In this document: positions 34,300 to 48,300 of the stretch, in pieces
How the letters are laid out: each line of letters opens with the position of its first letter
Position numbering within the stretch: position 1 is the stretch's first letter
DNA from: Paraphysomonas bandaiensis
Lineage: Eukaryota; Protista; Chrysophyceae
NCBI GenBank assembly: GCA_965644295.1
Contig: CBFFRP010000080.1
Location: 186,001-250,000 of the forward strand
Direction of reading: 5' to 3'
DNA length: 64,000 nt
Notes under the pieces: model-generated
The model's input: only the letters and a program-made list of their open reading frames with translations
What the model was told of the DNA's origin: nothing
The model's database searches: none
Program-made: the position numbers and the translations under genes

Positions 34300-35510
34300 C
34301 CTACTATTCAACGCTACGGAAGCTGCTTGTGCGTCGCCGCAAGCACCAAGGTGCGACCACTTCCGCTCTAAGTTCTTAAGGTGAACATCCCGGATGCTTG
34401 ACTTCAGCAGGCAGCCCAATACCCCGGTTACCCTTCAGGTGGGCCCTGTTCCGGATTCCCTTGAGGTGGACCCATTCCCGGATGCCTGTTTATTCATCAG
34501 GGCTCAAAGACGTCAACACAAGAGACACTTATTGGTGTCCCTTGTACCACACAAGCATTCGGCCATGAGTGGGCAGAAGAATATCTGCTGACTACGTTTG
34601 CGGCTCACATTAGTTTCCCAGAGAAATCTCTCCGGTACTTTTCCCCCAGAACTCCACGAAACGGTGCGAGTTGAGGGTTGATTGGCATAAAACCTATGAT
34701 TGGAACTACTTTTTTTTGCTGGCTTAACTATATATTGCATCTTCAGCTGTATAGCTACTGATCATAGGTGCCAACCCGTATTCTGCTAGCATAGAAAAAT
34801 ATGGACGTATGTCCACAGTCACAACATCATCCCTATACAAAGTCGGACTCGCACATTTTCGTGGTGTTCTGGGGGATAAGTACTGGAGAGATTTCTCTTG
34901 GAAACTAATGTGAGCCGCAAACAGACAGCAGATATTGTTCTTTCCACTCATAGCCGAATGCTTGTGTGGTACAGAGGAGACTAATATAAATGTCACTTAT
35001 GTAGAGCCCTGACGCAGATGTCAGGTGTATCAACAACAGTGAATCTCTTATTATTATCAATTGACGTTTAAGAGTCAGAACTATTTTAGCATTTCAAGTT
35101 AACAAACTTTTGATTAACTCTGATAATATGCTACTATTTAACGCTACGAAAGCTGCTTGTGCGTCACCGCAAGAACTAAGGCAGTGAGCAAGTAAATGTT
35201 GATATACGTAATATTTTTTGGCTTCAGGATTTCCAATTCCTTACGGTGAACAGCCCGGATGGTTGACTTACCCCGGATGCCCTTGTGAGGTGGGTTCAGT
35301 CCCAGATGCCTGTTGATTCGTCAAGACGTCAACACAAGTTCACAAGTGACACTTATAATAGTGTCCCTTGTACCACACAAGCATTTGGCTATGAGTGGGA
35401 AGAAGAATATCTGCTGTCTGTTTACGGCTCACGTTAGTTTCCCAGAGAAATCTCTTCGGTACTTATCCCTCAGAACACCACAAAAAGGTGCGAGTCCGAC
35501 TTTGTTGGGT
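34300..35510. repeat. Cluster of three copies of the dispersed repeat: about 34300-34675 (+), 34845-35030 (-), 35048-35510 (+)
   Basis: Shared core 'cccttgtaccacacaagcatt.ggc.atgagtggg.agaagaatatctgctg...gctcac.ttagtttcccagagaaatctct.cggtactt.tccc.cagaac'. The spurious ORFs repeat VSLVPHKHSAMSG.KNIC. Confidence 0.85.
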
Positions 35511-35689
35511 CCTTTCTACAAATCAAGCATTTGGCCATAAGAAAGTCTGATTATTACTTGTTGGCTCTTTACTAGTCAGATAAAATGAAGCTAATTTATA
35601 CCACAGTATTGGTACAGGAATGACAATAATATCAGTGATGATGTTAATCTACATCTAAAAATTCTTTATTTCAGTGCTACTGTAGGTAA

Positions 35690-36580
35690 CAAGCGAGATC
35701 ACCCTATCTGTTAGCGCCCCGGAACTACTTGTGTACTATTCCTGCTAGCACCAGAGTGCAACTGTTCCGGCTAATGCGTTTAGTCAGGGGGCGACCTTTA
35801 GGTAACACCTCTGTTGTATTAGAGGTCGGGCTATGCGCGGCGATACAGACGGAATGGTGTAGTAAGAAGGAGAGGAGAGTGCTGTGGGTAGTTGGGACCG
35901 CGTGGGGAATGTGATGTGTGGTGTGAGTTCGTGGGAGGGGGGCTTGGCTCGAGGACTTCTGAGGGTGGACGAGACCTTAAGGAGGTTAAGTATTGGCGAG
36001 TTGAGTGTGGTGGGCCTGTGATTGTGTTGGCTTGGTTCGGTAGTATGGGTTTTCGTTTGTGTGCTGGGAGTAAGGGCTTGAATATGCCGCCTTCCTCTGT
36101 CCTTGAGCATGCGGAGGCCGCCATTGTAAAGTGGTTGGAGTATATTTATTATTAGTTGTTCGAGCTGGTGAAACTCCTGAGGTTGTATGGCAGTGAAGAT
36201 GTGGTGGCCGAATTCGTTTGCTAGTTGGGATGCTGTGATATTACCTGTCCAGTATCTCTCAACCTGGGGGGTATTGGGATTTCAGGCTGCGGAGGAGATT
36301 TTGGTGAGAGAAGTGGAGAACCATGGTCGGAGGACTGTGGTGTTCTTGGCATTGTCAAGGGCCTGGCGGTGTTGGTGATATATCGCTTCTCTAACTTGTG
36401 CGAGGTCATGGTGAGGGCACTTTAGGACCATATTATGGGCGATGTTGTCGTGGTCATGATTGCAGTCGGTACATTTCGCTGCTGCAGTGTCTTCGTTCCC
36501 TTGTTTTCCTTTTGCTCTGTTCCGACCATTTGTATGTGAAGGTGGCGTCATCATAGGTATGGGGCGGGTCGTCGATAGAA
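35690..36580 (-). mobile_element. Degenerate 3' fragment of a non-LTR retrotransposon ORF
   Basis: KCTDCNHDHDNIAHNMVLKC is a CX2C...H...C knuckle typical of LINE ORF2 C-termini. Strong strand compositional skew, broken frames, and position inside a repeat cluster. Confidence 0.5.
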
Positions 36581-37060
36581 GCATTTGGCTATGAGTGAGC
36601 AGAACACTATCTGTTGACTATATATATTATGCGGCTCACGTTAGTTTTCCGGAGAAATATCTCCGGTATTTATCCCCCAGAACTCCAAGAAAAGGTTTGA
36701 GTCCGACGTTGTTGAGGGTTGTAACACTGTCCTCCTATCTACGTAACTCTGACCCTCCCTTTAGCCTCGCAGACCCCTACCCCAAAGGGAGTTCCCTAAT
36801 TAAGTGCACCTCTTGACACTGAAGGACTACACGTCCGTGTACAGCTCTCGCACTTCCTTATAAGAACTCAAAAACACTTAAGTCAGCAGATGTCAGGTAT
36901 ATCAATATTTACTTGCTCACTGCATTTACTTTGAGTGAAAGAGTTAAAGTGATTACACCTTGTTGCTTGCAGTGCTAATAGTAGGATATCAGAGTTAAGC
37001 AATAGTTAAATTGCAATGCTACATTAGTTCTGGCTCTTAAACGTTAATTGCTAATAATAA
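36581..37060. repeat. Further partial copies of the dispersed repeat: 36581-36720 (+) and 36885-37060 (-)
   Basis: 36581 'gcatttggctatgagtg' equals 35381. 36885-37060 is an inverted copy of about 35048-35210 and matches 925-1010 directly. Confidence 0.75.
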
Positions 37061-37149
37061 CATATATATGCACTACTATATATCATTATTAACCATAATT
37101 GTGTAAGTGTATAAGGGTAAGTAACCTAAGTACGCAACAGTACTAACAT

Positions 37150-37873
37150 GAGCTACGAGAGAAACTACCAAATCGGGTTGTAAATGGTAATGCGAAGAAT
37201 GTCCAGAAATGGAAGGACCTATTTTAGCAAAAGAATGGATCAAGCATGGTGCAATTTGAAAACCACGCCAAGTTCCATACAAGTTGGAAAAAAGTTCAAG
37301 CTGAATTAACTGAAAGTGGTCCTTTAGATGATTAATCCCAAGCGAAGTGAATCATGCCAGGCTAGGGATACTTTTGTCTCATTAAAAGAAAGGTTTGGCA
37401 TCGTCTCTAAACAATCAGTTGGAGAAGAACAGCCAGATCTGGAAGATACTTCCGGCTACAATTTTGATCATTTAGTTGTCAGTACCCTGGGATGAAAATG
37501 CAGATTTTGAGAACGCAGCAGTCAAGATTCATTGTGAGAACCGAACCGTTCTGAAAAAGCACAGGTGCAATGCCTTTTATAAATGTGACGCACTTGCCGA
37601 CGATAGTGAATTTGATGAAGAGGAAGACGAGGCTATTCGTTTATTTAAGACAACCGAAAGCGCAAGAAAACACGCACCAAACTGCTAACATGATAGCGTT
37701 GCATGAAGCATTTATATAGCACTACCAATGTTAGTGAGAAATTGTTTAGCAGAGCCAAGATTATTATGTCTGATTCTTGCAAGCGAATCACACCTGGACA
37801 CCTTGAAATGCTGATGTTTCTGCGTGAAAATCGACATCATCGGCATGAGATTGTAGCTCAAACGCTATTCTAA
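37150..37873 (+). mobile_element. hAT-superfamily DNA transposase remnant (pseudogenised, internally deleted)
   Basis: 37703-37873 translates to STTNVSEKLFSRAKIIMSDSCKRITPGHLEMLMFLREN, the hAT C-terminal dimerisation motif (S...ER.FS....R..L....LE.L.FL..N). Preceded by DFENAAVKI; stops and frameshifts upstream. Confidence 0.75.
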
Positions 37874-38222
37874 AAAACAATAGAATTGGCAATAGCAATG
37901 CCAATAATTGGATTCGTGGTAATAGGTGATAATTTTACTTCCACTTTCGGAATTTTTCTGAAAGATATTCAGATTTTACAGGGTCTATAGGCTAAAATAT
38001 AATATGTAGTACATACTCTATACGGTGTACATATTTCATGCAATAGGCTCACTGGTTCATACGTTTTCCATAATCTCGTAGCTAGCTCGTCTATGTTGAC
38101 GCATAGAGTACACAATTGAAATACAACATATATATTATCTGAAAACGTAGACACATAAAAAACAGGACCTGAATGTGAAACCATCACTATTATTACTAAA
38201 CTGCTAGATACTTCTGCACCAT

Positions 38223-39300
38223 TTACATTGGCATATCATATATTCCAATTTTGCGATAAAGGGAACGGGCACATTCGTGAGCCAAAGCCGCCTCTGCTTC
38301 AGCATTTTCAACAGAGAAAAAATGATCACCTAGTAACTAATGATTCAGAAATATTAACTGTTATGCACGACTGCCATACCTGGAAAGCCAATGCACTCAT
38401 ACAGGAACTCAGGAGAAACAACATCCTAAATAATACAACGTAAGCGAACTTATAATACAGCAATTGATGCCCTACCCTCCATCCATTGTCCGTCGTCGTT
38501 GGATCATCTGACCCAATCACCCACAAAAAATTACAATTCAACTTCCGCTGAGATGCACCAAACTGTACCGTCCAACAATCGACATACTGCAATCCTTGAA
38601 GAAAGTACTTACTTACTTCATCAATAGCCTCTGAAGCACCCTCATTCAAGAATTGTATAAGTCCAGATGGTGCACGTCCAAAGTTACATTCCATTTGCTT
38701 TTTTAAAGTCGCTTTGACGCCAGAAACCGTTCCGTCGTCGAATCTCTTGAATTTGCAAATACTCTCAAACGTTAATCCACACAAAGAAACAACATGAGCA
38801 ACTTTATAGTGCATAATGTGCTGAAGATATTGTGTGCAATCATAAGCAAAGGCTGTTCCAAGTGAATAGCCAAATATTGCAAGTGGTACATCGTCATCCA
38901 GAATTCCTAGCTCTTTGATCGACTAAAAATTGAAATAAATTGTCGCAAAATTGTAAAAGCACAATTACTAACCAAGCACATGTCTTTCACAAGTACGTTG
39001 AAGTCTATATACGCGTCCTCGTCAGATCTGTCAAACTGACCTGCAAAAACATCATTGATGGTGTTGAACTATACTATTCGATAAGAGTGAACCTGGGATC
39101 CGTTGAACGAACACGTCAAACCCATGACGTTTCAGCACCTGGGCAAAATTATACCATGAACTCGGAATTTGCGCTTGTCCTGGACATATGACCATTCGAT
39201 ATCTGCACACATTCTTAACTCTTTATAAGTTAGATATAGGGTGCGCACCTTGCCGGTTGAGGAGAAAAATAGGCTGAAAACCATTTATTATTCCTCCAAA
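38223..39300 (-). other. C-terminal thioesterase domain (type II/GrsT-like alpha/beta hydrolase)
   Basis: Spliced sequence: RYRMVICPG...VQRIPGQFDRSDE...PLAIFGYSLG (38857-38871)...VIGSDD...FPGDHFF. Confidence 0.85.
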
Positions 39301-42300
39301 TATCTCCATCAGTATGACTCATTTTTTCATCTGCAATCGGTAAGTCTGAAAGTGTACAACTAGACCTAAGCACATCAAGATGCGACTTATTGAGTCCTTT
39401 GATGAATTTCGCGATGTCACTCACAGTTGGATATGTGAAGAGAAGCGTCGGTGGTAACTTTACTTTGAAGGCAAGTGCTAATTGTCCAGCTAGTTCAGTC
39501 ACACCCAAAGAATCAAGACCATAGTCCAGCAACTGTGCATCATTAGATACATCTGAAGATTCTAGCAATGGTAATACAACTGATCGAACTGTACTAACAA
39601 CATCATCAATGCTGATAGAGCATATATCCGAGTTACTACTCATTGGTGTTATCCTACTACAACTCTGTTCAAAAAGTCCGGAAAAATACGACTCTTCAGA
39701 AACGTCATTGCTTAATAAATGATACCTCATTAATATACCCATCGCTGAAAATACCAATGATCCATCGATAGATAATATGCTGCATTTGTATGTAACACCA
39801 CCGTCCGATAATACCATGCGTTTCACATGCACGGTACAGATACCAGATGTAGATAACTTCCCCAGAGCAGCGGAAAACACTCGCACATCTTCAACCGCAA
39901 TTGCTACTCCAGGAATGCATTCGGGATTACCTCCATTATATTTTGACAGCAATGATGACATCAATATACTTATCTCAATCAGCTGAGGTGGAAGCAAGTA
40001 TGCTTCCCACAGAACTGATCCAGCTACACTCATATCTGCAATAGCCTCGGAACAATCCTCAGCAATATAAACGTTCCGCAACAGCCGAAAACTCGGACCA
40101 AGATGTACCCCACCATTGGAGTACTTTTCGTAAAAGTCATCGACGTTGACTCTCACCGAACAAATAGACTGTGCGATTGATATCATATCAGGTGTATCTG
40201 GAACAGGGGAGTTATTCACGATATCGTCGCCACATACGAAACATTGCGCACATAGTGCGCGACTATCATCCTCACTATCGACGTACAAACTAAGTAAACC
40301 ATCACTGTCACACACGCACCAAAGGGTGGTAACCAAAGAGTTATCATAACTACTTTCAGCAACACTACTCACTGCAACAGGTTGAAGAATAGCGACGTCT
40401 CTAATTCTGGTTGTGGTGCTGTTTTTGGTTCTCGACGATAACTTTGACCACCGATGAGCAGCAGCACAAAATATTTCAATAATAGCTCCAGGTGGAAGTA
40501 CTATAATATCACGTATTGAATAGTCTTTCAGCCAATCCTCTATTATTCCGCGATGTAATCTGATTCGGAATGTTGCATTACCAGAAAACGAGTCCACTGA
40601 CATCTCTTGTAACAATCTATGGCATTTCTCAAAGTACTGGTAGCGTTTCTTTTTCTGTCCTAATAGAGAATAATTGTTCACGGAATCTTTTCCAGAAATC
40701 CACAGAAATGAAGTGCTACCACCATCAATCGAATATCCACGCATCAACTGCTTACCCATGCGGCTCAATGTAGAATCTGCACCCATCTCAACAAACACGC
40801 AATCACCATCACGACTCTCTCCAGTAAAACATACCTCCACCGCTGACTCATACAACACTGGCTGCAATATATGCTTCAACCAATATGACGATGATATTAA
40901 CTCCTCATCCGCATAATGTCCCGTCACAGTAGACACAAACTTAATCGTCGGAAGATTAAACTGTACTAATAGCAACTCCTTCTCATAAGCAGAAATAATA
41001 TCTGCCATCAACGGAGAGTGAAATGCCCTCGATACCTTCAACTGACGATGGCTCATATTCATCAAACCAGTGCTGTTCAACACTTTCTGAACTCCATCCA
41101 CAGACCCGGATACTACCACACTACGAGGTCCATTCACTGCAGCCACAGACACTTCGTTCATCAAACCTGAATCAGAGATTGCACTGATTACCTCATCAGC
41201 TGTTGCTCGGACGGCATACATGCAACCCACACATCCATCACTCTCCTGCATCAAGCGACCACGTATACACACCAGTCGCAAACTATCCTCCAATGACAAA
41301 ACTCCGCTGACAATAGCAGCTGCATACTCTCCTAGACTGTGACCCATCACTGCAGCTGGGCGAATACCCCGTGACAACCATACCTGGCTTAGACAATACT
41401 CAAGAGCCACCAGTATAGGCTGAGAGTACACAGTCTCCGAAAGGTGCCCCGCTGCACTAATCTCAGTCAAACTGCCACAGATCCCAGGATACAATAACTC
41501 AGATGCACCTACACCCAAATGGGATCGGAGAATATCATCACACCGACTCATAGCGTCACGAAATGTGGACTCCGACTCATACATATCGCGTAATGCGTCA
41601 ACACTGAGAGTCCCCTGTCCAGCAAACTGCCACACCATACCCGCTATACATGTCTCTGATGTCGTATCTGATGCGAATTGGCTGCTAGAAATTATAACAG
41701 GCGATCGGGAGTGAGATACAGGAGCTTCCTCCAATATCACATGAGATATTGTGCCGCTATAACCAAATGAACTCACTCCAGCTAACAAAGGACGATCCCC
41801 ATGTCGAACCAATGGTGTAGGTTCCATGGGAAACGAAATTGGACTGCCTGATACAGATGCTGCCACCTTCGAGTTCAACTCACGCAGCTGGGCATTTGGA
41901 GGAGCTTGCTTATGATGAAGTGCCAATATAGCCGATAGTATACCTCCTATACCTGCTGCTGCCTCCATGTGACCGATATTCGCTTTTACACTCGAAACAT
42001 ACAATGTATTCTCTTCACTCCGCCCATGACCATACACCGACGATAAAGCCTCCGTCTCAATAGGATCACCTAGTTTCGTCCCAGTGCCGTGAGCCTCAAT
42101 AATAGATACATCACCAGCATCCACACCAGCATCTGATAATGCCGCACGAAGAAGCTGCTCCTGGGCAAGACCATTGGGGGCTGTCAAACTAGCACTCTTA
42201 CCGTCCTGCATCACTGCTGACCCTCGTACAACTGCATATATACCATCATTATCTCGTTCAGCATCACTCAATCGTTTCAACACCAAGGCGCCACAGCCCT

Positions 42301-45300
42301 CAGCTCTGCAGTAACCATTGGCGGATTCATCAAAAGTGTGGCACTTGCCATCTGGTGATGTCATTCCGGCAATTGCGCAGGCAGCAGACGAAGATTGTGT
42401 CAAGCAATTCACACCCATCACAACTGCAATATCACAATCATCTAATTGAACACTTCGTCTTGCTGTATGGAGAGCCACCAAAGAAGATGAACATGCAGTA
42501 TCGCATGACATACATGGGCCCTGAAAACCCAATACATACGATATGCGACCCGCCGCTACTGACAGAGTGCTTCCAGTTGCCCCATAAACCGATGGTATAG
42601 CCACCTCAGAAAAAGAGGTGCTATCCTGATAAGAGCTTTCTGTTGCAACTGAACCAGAAATTCCAATAAACACTCCAACACGTTTCCCCTTTAATGATGC
42701 GACATCATACCCAGCATCGCACAGTGCTTCATATGCACACTCTAGCAGCAAACGATGATTTGGATCCATGTGTAATGCCTCTGCATCCGATATACCGAAC
42801 AACGGCGCATCAAAACTTTCCAATACTTCGTTAGACAAAAATCCGCCATAGCGAACGCGATCCAGTACGCTTGGATCTATTAATGCACTTCGCGCAATCA
42901 ATGCATCCACGTCCCATCGACTGTGAGAAACAGTCCCTGTCATATCCTGACGTGATACAAGCATTTGCCACATCGATTCCAAGCTATTCACATCACCTGG
43001 AAAGCGACAACTTGCACCCACGATAGCCATATTACTGATACCAAAGTGACTGTCACAGTTCGTTGTAGCAATATCTCGCGGTTCGTCATTGGTAATTAAC
43101 AGTCCCAATATCTCAAGAATGTGATTAGTAATATCACCGATAGTAGGGTAACTAAACACCAACGTCGGTGCCAGTTTAACTTCAAAAGTAGTGGCAAGCT
43201 GTCCAGCAAGCTCCGTCACTCCAAGTGAATCTAAACCGTAATCCATCAACTGTGCGTCATCTGGAACATCCGGGGAGTCAAGAAGAGGGATAATCACCGA
43301 ACGAACCCTCGATATAACTTCTGATGCACTCAGGCTTGTTTTTGTATGGGGTCTAGAACCTATCGTTGCAGATAGTTTAGTGCTTAGAAACATAGAGGAA
43401 TCATGTATAACGTTAGAAAATTGGCGTTTGATTCTTCCTGATATCCATTCAAAAAATCCACGAGGTATTAAAGTAACAATCGTGCTATTGATGCTGGACG
43501 AGTCAAGTAGCATGTGTCTCATCACATATTCGACATAGGACGGATTTACACTTGTGCCATTCATGTCAACGCCACCTGCGGCTGCCATTCCTATACCTGA
43601 TACATTCGGCCATCGCACACTGAACCCACAAAGTCCGATTCTGCGCCTATACTCCACTAGCCCATCAATAAATCCATTGGCCAAGCAATAAGATGACTTC
43701 CCAAACAACCCAACTGAAGCTGACATAGATGAAAATCCTATGAAGGTTGTCAAGTCATCCCCTAACGTGTGCTTGTGCAATAACCACGCACTGTGCGCCT
43801 TAGATGCCCACACATCAGCACAACCAGATGCTGCACCACCACCTCGTAACGTTCCATCACGTACTACTCCTGCTGCATGAATGATGCCCCGAATTCCCCC
43901 ACCCATCTCACGAACCTCTCGTAACATATCCACCACTGAAGATTCGTCGGATACGTCACAACACATCACATGAACCTCACTGCCAGAAGACTCTCGTAGC
44001 CACTCCAATTCAGTCTCCAGACCCTGGCCAGTATACGACACCTTGCCAGACCGAGACAAAAGTACCAATCTTGACACACCTAGGCTTGCTAGTAACCTTG
44101 CAGTTAAAAGCCCAAGCCCACCTAACCCACCGGTTACGATGAATGTTCCACTTAGTGAATCATTTTCACGATTCGATCTAGTCATAGCAATATCTGAAAT
44201 CACCAAATCTTCGTATCGCTTAACCATACGTACACCATCGTGATATTTGACCTCCAATTCTCCATCCCACACTAGCAACTCGTGTTGTACAGCATGAGAC
44301 AAACGCTCTACCAAGGGTAATGACGGATCCACGTCGATTATTACCATATCAACTCCAGGATATTCCAATTGGGCTGACCTCACTGCTCCAGCAAGCGCAC
44401 AACAAAGTAATTCACTCCGTCCAACTCCACTTTCCAAAAGAATAATAAGCTTCTTAGTTCTACTACAGAGGATATCAAGAATATGAAGCCAATCCGTGGC
44501 ATCAAGCTCTTCCTCACGATTCTTCGAGGTTTCCGTATCTCTGATGTAATCCGCACTGGGGTGAAGTATGCCAACCGCTTCAACTACAACAAGATCATAC
44601 ACTATATTACTTCTCGAGAATTCTTCTTTTTCAAGAATCAAGTTTGTAGTTGTGATTCTTCGAATGCAAGTATCATTTGTGCAAACTGATCCGAAGATTT
44701 CAGTGATATCTTGATTCTCATGACAATTTCCTACAAACAAACACGACGATAACTTTATGCACTGATTTGGCGGACTCAATGATGAAACCCACGAACTTCT
44801 AAGGTTAACACACCGATCAATATCACCAATTCCTAAAGAACCAACAGAACAAAGTACGACACCTATTGCTGAAAATACCAATGATCCATCGATAGATAAT
44901 ATGCTGCATTTGTATGTAACACCACCGTCCGATAATACCATGCGTTTCACATGCACGGTACAGATGCCAGATGTAGATAACTTCCCCAGAGCAGCGGAAA
45001 ACACTCGCACATCTTCAACCGCAATTGCTACTCCAGGAATGCATTCGGGATTACCTCCATTATATTTTGACAGCAATGATGACATCAATATACTTATCTC
45101 AATCAGCTGAGGTGGAAGCAAGTATGCTTCCCACAGAACTGATCCAGCTACACTCATATCTGCAATAGCCTCGAAACAATCCTCAGCAATATAAACGTTC
45201 CGCAACAGCCGAAAACTCGGACCAAGATGTACCCCACCATTGGAGTACTTTTCGTAAAAGTCATCGACGTTGACTCTCACCGAACAAATAGACTGTGCGA

Positions 45301-48300
45301 TTGATATCATATCAGGTGTATCTGGAACAGGGGAGTTATTCACGATATCGTCGCCACATACGAAACATTGCGCACATAGTGCGCGACTATCATCCTCACT
45401 ATCGACGTACAAACTAAGTAAACCATCACTGTCACACACGCACCAAAGGGTGGTAACCAAAGAGTTATCATAACTACTTTCAGCAACACTACTCACTGCA
45501 ACAGGTTGAAGAATAGCGACGTCTCTAATTCTGGTTGTGGTGCTGTTTTTGGTTCTCGACGATAACTTTGACCACCGATGAGCAGCAGCACAAAATATTT
45601 CAATAATAGCTCCAGGTGGAAGTACTATAATATCACGTATTGAATAGTCTTTCAGCCAATCCTCTATTATTCCGCGATGTAATCTGATTCGGAATGTTGC
45701 ATTACCAGAAAACGAGTCCACTGACATCTCTTGTAACAATCTATGGCATTTCTCAAAGTACTGGTAGCGTTTCTTTTTCTGTCCTAATAGAGAATAATTG
45801 TTCACGGAATCTTTTCCAGAAATCCACAGAAATGAAGTGCTACCACCATCAATCGAATATCCACGCATCAACTGCTTACCCATGCGGCTCAATGTAGAAT
45901 CTGCACCCATCTCAACAAACACGCAATCACCATCACGACTCTCTCCAGTAAAACATACCTCCACCGCTGACTCATACAACACTGGCTGCAATATATGCTT
46001 CAACCAATATGACGATGATATTAACTCCTCATCCGCATAATGTCCCGTCACAGTAGACACAAACTTAATCGTCGGAAGATTAAACTGTACTAATAGCAAC
46101 TCCTTCTCATAAGCAGAAATAATATCTGCCATCAACGGAGAGTGAAATGCCCTCGATACCTTCAACTGACGATGGCTTATATTCATCAAACCAGTGCTGT
46201 TCAACACTTTCTGAACTCCATCCACAGACCCGGATACTACCACACTACGAGGTCCATTCACTGCAGCCACAGACACTTCGTTCATCAAACCTGAATCAGA
46301 GATTGCACTGATTACCTCATCAGCTGTTGCTCGGACGGCATACATGCAACCCACACATCCATCACTCTCCTGCATCAAGCGACCACGTATACACACCAGT
46401 CGCAAACTATCCTCCAATGACAAAACTCCGCTGACAATAGCAGCTGCATACTCTCCTAGACTGTGACCCATCACTGCAGCTGGGCGAATACCCCGTGACA
46501 ACCATACCTGACTTAGACAATACTCAAGAGCCACTAGTATAGGCTGAGAGTACGCAGTCTCCGAAAGGTGCCCCGCTGCACTAATCTCAGTCAAACTGCC
46601 ACAGACTCCAGGATACAATAACTCAGATGCACCTACACCCAGATGAGATCGGAGAATATCATCACACCGACTCATAGCGTCACGAAATGTGGACTCCGAC
46701 TCATACATATCGCGTAATGCGTCAACACTGAGAGTCCCCTGTCCAGCAAACTGCCACACCATACCCGCTATACATGTCTCTGATGTCGTATCTGATGCGA
46801 ATTGGCTGCTAGAAATTATAACAGGCGATCGGGAGTGAGATACAGGAGCTTCCTCCAATATCACATGAGATATTGTGCCGCTATAACCAAATGAACTCAC
46901 TCCAGCTAACAAAGGACGATCCCCATGTCGAACCAAGGGTGTAGGTTCCGTGGGAAACGAAATTGGACTGCCTGACACAGATGCTGCCACCTTCGAGTTC
47001 AACTCACGCAGCTGGGCATTTGGAGGAGCTTGCTTATGATGAAGTGCCAATATAGCCGATAATATACCTCCTATACCTGCTGCTGCCTCCATGTGACCGA
47101 TATTCGCTTTTACACCAGAAACATACAATGTATTCTCTTCACTCCGCCCATGACCATACACCGACGATAAAGCCTCCGTCTCAATAGGATCACCTAGTTT
47201 CGTCCCAGTCCCATGAGCCTCAATAAGAGATACATCATCAGCATCCACACCAGCATCTGATAATGCCGCACGAAGAAGCTGCTCCTGGGCAAGACCATTG
47301 GGGGCTGTCAAACTAGCACTCTTACCGTCCTGCATCACTGCTGACCCTCGTACAACTGCATATATACCATCATTATCTCGTTCAGCATCACTCAATCGTT
47401 TCAACACCAAGGCGCCACAGCCCTCAGCTCTGCAGTAACCATTGGCGGATTCATCAAAAGTGTGGCACTTGCCATCTGGTGATGTCATTCCGGCAATTGC
47501 GCAGGCAGCAGACGAAGATTGTGTCAAGCAATTCACACCCATCACAACTGCAATATCACACTCTGAATGTTGAACACTTCGTCTTGCTGTATGGAGAGCC
47601 ACCAAAGAAGATGAACATGCAGTATCGCATGACATACATGGGCCCTGAAAACCCAATACATACGATATGCGACCCGCCGCTACTGACAGAGTGCTTCCAG
47701 TTGCCCCATAAACCGATGGTATAGCCACCTCAGAAAAAGAGGTGCTATCCTGATAAGAGCTTTCTGTTGCAACTGAACCAGAAATTCCAATAAACACTCC
47801 AACACGTTTCCCCTTTAATGATGCGACATCATACCCAGCATCGCACAGTGCTTCATATGCACACTCTAGCAGCAAACGATGATTTGGATCCATGTGTAAT
47901 GCCTCTGCATCCGATATACCGAACAACGGCGCATCAAAACTTTCCAATACTTCGTTAGACAAAAATCCGCCATAGCGAACGCGATCCAGTACGCTTGGAT
48001 CTATTAATGCACTTCGCGCAATCAATGCATCCACGTCCCATCGACTGTGAGAAACAGTCCCTGTCATATCCTGACGTGATACAAGCATTTGCCACATCGA
48101 TTCCAAGCTATTCACATCACCTGGAAAGCGACAACTTGCACCCACGATAGCCATATTACTGATACCAAAGTGACTGTCACAGTTCGTTGTAGCAATATCT
48201 CGCGGTTCGTCATTGGTAATTAACAGTCCCAATATCTCAAGAATGTGATTAGTAATATCACCGATAGTAGGGTAACTAAACACCAACGTCGGTGCCAGTT

